From assembly GCA_965197645.1 (NCBI GenBank), contig OZ240219.1, forward strand, positions 608,001 to 672,000: a stretch of DNA of 64,000 nt, given 5' to 3'. The notes under the pieces were generated by a model. That model had not been told where the DNA came from. It ran no database searches and worked only from the letters and a program-made list of their open reading frames with translations. Positions 59,647-64,000 of this stretch are shown here, piece by piece. A program made the position numbers and the translations under genes. Each line of letters begins with the position of its first letter. Position 1 is the stretch's first letter. This DNA comes from Dehalococcoidia bacterium (GTDB lineage: Bacteria; Chloroflexota; Dehalococcoidia; Plut-88900).

Positions 59647-60336
59647 ATGGACTCCTACGACGACCGTCTCCACCACGCCGTTGTCAACACCGAGATCCTC
59701 AGAACGCCTCGGCAGATGCTGTCCACCTTCGGTACCACCAACGTCCGATACTTCCTGCTCACGACCCCGGCTTACGACGATGTCATCAAAGGGCCCGAGG
59801 AGACGGTGATCCGCGAGGGCCGGGTGATCTCGGAGAAGCCCAAAGTCGTCACCCCCAGCTACATGATGCGACTGGATGGGTTTGGGGATAACGCCCGCAA
59901 GTACTTCGAGCAGCTTATAACCGACTACGGCTACGATGCCCCGGGCATCCTGTACCACTACCGCAACGAGCCCAAGGGCCTGAACATCGTGTCGGGCAAT
60001 ATCATGGCCGCTCTGGAGCGGATCGAAAAGGAGACGGGAAGCGATCCGCTGGCGGCGATAATTCGGGGTGTCGACGAGATGTGGGACGTCTCCCTTCTCA
60101 AGTTCATCCAGGAGTACACCGCTCAGTCCGTCGAGAGCAACGTGATGGAGCTGGGAGGGCGGGGACTGATCAGCCCAGACACCTCAGGGGTCCCCGGCGA
60201 CGCCCGCCGTCGCATTGAGGAGATGTTCCGAGACGTGAGGATGAACCGGGAGGACCCGGCTGCACTGAAGAAGGAGCTGGACCGCTGGGACCTCTTCAGC
60301 GAGTACGAGGACCGGTTCCTCAAGCTGTTTCGCTAG
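59647..60336 (+). CDS. Hypothetical protein
   Basis: Tightly coupled to the upstream gene; globular composition. Confidence 0.8.
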   Translation: MDSYDDRLHHAVVNTEILRTPRQMLSTFGTTNVRYFLLTTPAYDDVIKGPEETVIREGRVISEKPKVVTPSYMMRLDGFGDNARKYFEQLITDYGYDAPGILYHYRNEPKGLNIVSGNIMAALERIEKETGSDPLAAIIRGVDEMWDVSLLKFIQEYTAQSVESNVMELGGRGLISPDTSGVPGDARRRIEEMFRDVRMNREDPAALKKELDRWDLFSEYEDRFLKLFR

Positions 60337-60649
60337 CGCCCGCTTCCTCGGCACATCTCTCGCACCCGCAAAGAGACCTCAGCAGGGTAAACGAGTATAT
60401 TCCCGTCTCGTGGGCATCGCTCCACAGGATCTGCACCGCGTACCTGCCGATCTCTATGAAGTCAAGGGCCTGGATATCGTCGGGGATGGTAGCAATCTCC
60501 AGGATCTTCCTGCCGCTCCATTCGTCGACGCAATGGGCACACTTGCACTCATTCCTCAACATCTTGTGGGGGTAAACGCTGCGGTGTTCCGCGTCCCACT
60601 CCACGGTCAACCCTTCGGGGGTAATCTCGATCGATTCCGGTTCTTTCAT
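60320..60649 (-). CDS. DUF971 / GBBH-like N-terminal domain protein
   Basis: W......Y....LR..C.CA.C, G.YA.QI.WSD.H.TGIY. Confidence 0.9.
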   Translation of the reverse strand: MKEPESIEITPEGLTVEWDAEHRSVYPHKMLRNECKCAHCVDEWSGRKILEIATIPDDIQALDFIEIGRYAVQILWSDAHETGIYSFTLLRSLCGCERCAEEAGASETA

Positions 60650-60701
60650 GATGGGTACATCTCTGATTCTAGCAGATTCGACAACCGGCTCCGTCCCTCG
60701 C

Positions 60702-61511
60702 CTACTTCTGGCAGCCCCGGCAGTAGTTGGTCAGGCGCTGATTGGGCTGCACCTGGGAGATATTGGAGCCGCACACCGGGCACTGCTCTTTTCCCTTACC
60801 GTGCACCTTCAAGAAGTCTCGTATCTTCACGTCTATGCGGCCGTTCATCCTCTGCCCCACTATCTCCGTGGCCTCCAGCAGCACGGTATGGACGCTCTTG
60901 TACAGCGCGTCCACCTCGGGCTTGGACAGGGATGTCCTCTTGCGAAAGGGATAGATGCCGGCATCGAACAGGATCTCATCTGCGTAGGCGTTGCCGATGC
61001 CGGCGAGGAAGGTGTCGTTGACCAGGATGTTCTTGACCTGGCCCGGGTGCCTCTTGAGCCGCTTCTCGAATACCTCCAGACTCACCTCTTCGTCCAGCGC
61101 CTCGGGGCCCATCTCGGTGAACCTGGGTACCATATCCAGCTGGTCTCGAGGCACCAGATACACCTTGCCCATCACTTTGCTATCGAAGTAGCGGAGCTGT
61201 TTGCCGTTGCTGAGGGCCAGCACGAAACAGGTCTTGGCCAGTCTCTTCTCACCGGGGTCGACGTACTGGAGCCGGCCCGTCAGCATGGGGTTGACGGCCA
61301 GTACGTGACCGGACTTGAAGCTGAACAGCAGGAACTTGCCCCGTCGCCTGACTCCGGTGAAGGTGTCGCCTCGAAGCGTCTCGGAGAACTGATCGAAAGT
61401 AGGCATGCGGATGACCAGCGGTTGCTTGCCTTCCACCTCTTCCACCGCCACTCCCGATAGCTCTTTGTCCAGAAAGAGCTGTATGTTGTGAAGATCGGGT
61501 AGCTCCGGCAT
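60702..61511 (-). CDS. Fpg/Nei family DNA glycosylase
   Basis: N-terminal PELP, RRGKFL, AGIGNAYADE H2TH motif, C-terminal zinc finger. Confidence 0.93.
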   Translation of the reverse strand: MPELPDLHNIQLFLDKELSGVAVEEVEGKQPLVIRMPTFDQFSETLRGDTFTGVRRRGKFLLFSFKSGHVLAVNPMLTGRLQYVDPGEKRLAKTCFVLALSNGKQLRYFDSKVMGKVYLVPRDQLDMVPRFTEMGPEALDEEVSLEVFEKRLKRHPGQVKNILVNDTFLAGIGNAYADEILFDAGIYPFRKRTSLSKPEVDALYKSVHTVLLEATEIVGQRMNGRIDVKIRDFLKVHGKGKEQCPVCGSNISQVQPNQRLTNYCRGCQK

Positions 61512-61633
61512 CCCGGCTTCCTCCAAGTGGCATTATACTCTTTACCGGGACTCGACCTTCCGGTTGACACCCCAACTAGGCGGTGGGACAATTTAGGCCG
61601 CTTTCCAGGGCTGTAACCTCCATTCCAGACGCT

Positions 61634-62806
61634 ATGCAATCCGCCCTATCCGATATAAGGATCGTAGACCTGGCTACCGATATAGCCGGCTCCTACGCCT
61701 GCATGCTTCTCGGCGACATGGGCGCCGACGTGGTCAAAGTCGAGCTGGCCGGCTCCCCCAACTGGCGAGGCGACCTTCCCTTCCACCTGTGGAACAGGGG
61801 TAAGAAGAGCCTGGGCCTCGACCTGGAAAGGGAGGGCGCCCGTGAGGTCCTGGAAAAGCTGGTCCGCCAATCGGATGTGCTGGTGGAGAGCTTCCTACCC
61901 TCCCAGGCCAAAGCCGCAGTGCTGGACTATGAATCGGTCAGTCGCCTGAACCCCCGGCTGCTCTACTGCGCCATGCCTCCTTTCGGCGAGGAGGGCCCCC
62001 TGAGCGACAAGCCCGCCGACGATGGGGTCGTGGCCGCCTTCGCAGCGATAATGGGCGACCAGACCGGCCCGGACCAACCCCCGGCCTTCATCACCATACC
62101 CGCCTCCAGCTACAGCGCCTCCATCCTGGCCTGCTACGCCATCTGCTCGGCCCTGTACGTAAGGGAGGTGGAGGGAATAGGGCAGAAGATCGAGGTGCCG
62201 CTGCTGAACGGCGCCCTCACCGTGCAGGGCCACCACTTCATCCACGCACCGGACATGACCCGGGAGACGGAAACCCAAGGCGATCAGCAGGGCACCGTCC
62301 CCGCTTACCGGCTCTACGAGTGCAGCGATGGCAAATGGATGTTCATTGGCTGCGGCAACACGGCTTTCTGGACCCGGCTGTGCAATGTCCTGGGGTTGGA
62401 GAGGTACCTGTCCGAACCTCGATACGAGAACGCTCCCTGGGTCTTCGAGGAACAGGACAGGCTGGATATCATCGCACAGCTGACGCCGATCATCGCCCGA
62501 CACCCTCAGGAGTACTGGCTGGACCTGTTCGACAAAGAGGATATCCCCTGCGCTCCCGCCGACACTCGGCACGACTACGCCGCCGATCCCCAGGTGCTCC
62601 ACAACGGCATGATAGTGGACATGGATGATCCGATGCTGGGCAACACCCGGCAGATGGGCTTGCCCGTGGCCATGACCCTTACGCCGGGAGATACCAACAC
62701 GCCGGCATCAATGAACGGTGAGCACGCCGATGGGATACTGGAATCGCTGGGCTACGACGGCCCGGCCCGGGAGGAGCTGAAGAAGAGCGGGGCGCTGACA
62801 TGCTGA
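61634..62806 (+). CDS. Family III CoA-transferase (catalytic Asp apparently replaced)
   Basis: DMGADVVKVE, WNRGKKS, C.DG.W; PASSYS at the Asp position. Confidence 0.9.
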   Translation: MQSALSDIRIVDLATDIAGSYACMLLGDMGADVVKVELAGSPNWRGDLPFHLWNRGKKSLGLDLEREGAREVLEKLVRQSDVLVESFLPSQAKAAVLDYESVSRLNPRLLYCAMPPFGEEGPLSDKPADDGVVAAFAAIMGDQTGPDQPPAFITIPASSYSASILACYAICSALYVREVEGIGQKIEVPLLNGALTVQGHHFIHAPDMTRETETQGDQQGTVPAYRLYECSDGKWMFIGCGNTAFWTRLCNVLGLERYLSEPRYENAPWVFEEQDRLDIIAQLTPIIARHPQEYWLDLFDKEDIPCAPADTRHDYAADPQVLHNGMIVDMDDPMLGNTRQMGLPVAMTLTPGDTNTPASMNGEHADGILESLGYDGPAREELKKSGALTC

Positions 62807-63966
62807 CCCACGCTCTACAGAACGTCAAGGTCGTAGACCTTTCCAGCTACATAGCCGGGGCCTACTGCCCGACTCTGCTGGCCGACCTCGGCGCAGATGT
62901 CATCAAGTTCGAATCGCCCATGGGAGACCCCTTTCGGGCCAACGGCCCTCCATTCCACGTGTGGAACCGCGGCAAGAGGGGGCTGGTCGTTGACCTGCGC
63001 AAGGACGAGGGTAAGGAGGTCCTCTACCGGCTGGTCAAGGACGCCGACGTGGTGGTGGAGAACTACCGGCCCGGCGTGGCCGCCAAGCTGGGCGCCGACT
63101 ACGATACCCTGAAGAAGATCAACCCATCGCTGGTCTACTGCTCCATCTCCGGCTACGGCCAGACCGGGCCCTACAGCAAGAAGCCCGGCTTCGATCCGCT
63201 GCTCCAAGCCCGAAGCGGCGCCATGACCTATCAGGGCGGCCCCGACAATCCTCCCGTGTTCCTCGCCGTCGCCATCTCCGATTACGGCGGCGCCATGCTG
63301 GGAGCGTGGGCCGTGGCCATGGCCCTGTTCGCTCGAGCGCGGACTGGTCGGGGGCAGTGGGTGCAGACCTCCCTGGCAAACTCCGCCATGTCCATGCAGT
63401 CGGACAGGTTCATTCTTCCAAAAGGGGAGACCAACCACAACGATCCGGGCCACCCCCAGGGCCCCACACCCACCTATCGCGCCTACAAGACAGCTGATAG
63501 TTGGCTCTTCATAGGCGTCACTACCGACGACCAGTGGCACAAGCTCGCCAAGGCCCTGGGCAGGGATGACCTAGCCCGCGACGAGAGGTTCGGTTCCGGC
63601 GAAAAACGACAGGTCGCCGATGCGGAGCTGCATGCCATACTGGCAGAGATATTCGCTGCCAACGGCTCGGACCACTGGCTGAAGCTGCTGGAGGCCGAAG
63701 GTGTCCCCTGCTCCAGGGTGAACTACTTCGACAATGATCTGATGCATCACCCCCAGGTCCTGCAGAACGGTCTGCTCGCACAGCATCGTTCCAGGGACAT
63801 CGGTGAGATCGAGCAGATCGGCGTGCCCGTCAAGCTGAGCAAGACGCCGGGCATCGCCCAGCGGGCCGCCCCCGGCCACGGCGAGCACTCCGACGAGGTC
63901 CTGCTGGAAGCCGGCTACACCGCCGACGAGATCAGGTCTCTACGGGACGCCAAGGTGGTCTACTGA
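62800..63966 (+). CDS. Family III CoA-transferase
   Basis: DLGADVIK.E, NRGKR, ENYRPG, ISDYGGA, GEHS.EVL. Confidence 0.95.
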   Translation: MLTHALQNVKVVDLSSYIAGAYCPTLLADLGADVIKFESPMGDPFRANGPPFHVWNRGKRGLVVDLRKDEGKEVLYRLVKDADVVVENYRPGVAAKLGADYDTLKKINPSLVYCSISGYGQTGPYSKKPGFDPLLQARSGAMTYQGGPDNPPVFLAVAISDYGGAMLGAWAVAMALFARARTGRGQWVQTSLANSAMSMQSDRFILPKGETNHNDPGHPQGPTPTYRAYKTADSWLFIGVTTDDQWHKLAKALGRDDLARDERFGSGEKRQVADAELHAILAEIFAANGSDHWLKLLEAEGVPCSRVNYFDNDLMHHPQVLQNGLLAQHRSRDIGEIEQIGVPVKLSKTPGIAQRAAPGHGEHSDEVLLEAGYTADEIRSLRDAKVVY

Positions 63967-64000
63967 GAGCCGGAATCCAGGACAACCCTCACCCCTAGCC

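Noticed and set aside
63968-64000. Start of another repeat (GCCGGAATCCAG, CCCTCACCCCTAGCC)
   Set aside because: Truncated by the window edge, with no second copy here to confirm it.

Overview
High-GC bacterial chromosome segment, most consistent with Chloroflexota (Dehalococcoidia/SAR202-like; inferred from gene content and protein style). Bases 1-8.1 kb are the end of the spc operon, the alpha operon and the L13/S9 genes (secY, adk, map, infA, rpmJ, rpsM, rpsK, rpsD, rpoA, rplQ, truA, rplM, rpsI). The rest is housekeeping and catabolic: SAM cycle/MTA salvage (mtnA, mtnP, ahcY, metK), ilvE, comEA/comEC, glycine cleavage, tenA, IscA plus YgfZ, a DUF1445-DUF4392-BtuF-like-NTF2 operon, a branched-chain 2-oxoacid dehydrogenase, and several hydrolases and family III CoA-transferases. 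I see no rRNA, tRNA, CRISPR array or intact mobile element. The most notable items the ORF track misses are: (1) an FmdB-type zinc-ribbon gene with an in-frame TGA at a Cys-like position followed by a SECIS-like hairpin, a probable selenoprotein; (2) a 17-aa stand-alone ORF, MCDSCGC..., with its own promoter, RBS and terminator, carrying the HypB-type CxxCGC metal motif; (3) modular palindromic intergenic repeats shuffled into mosaics between convergent genes, one abutting an orphan IS481-like end; (4) a perfect palindrome over the promoter of a His-rich metal permease. All calls are by eye, without database searches.
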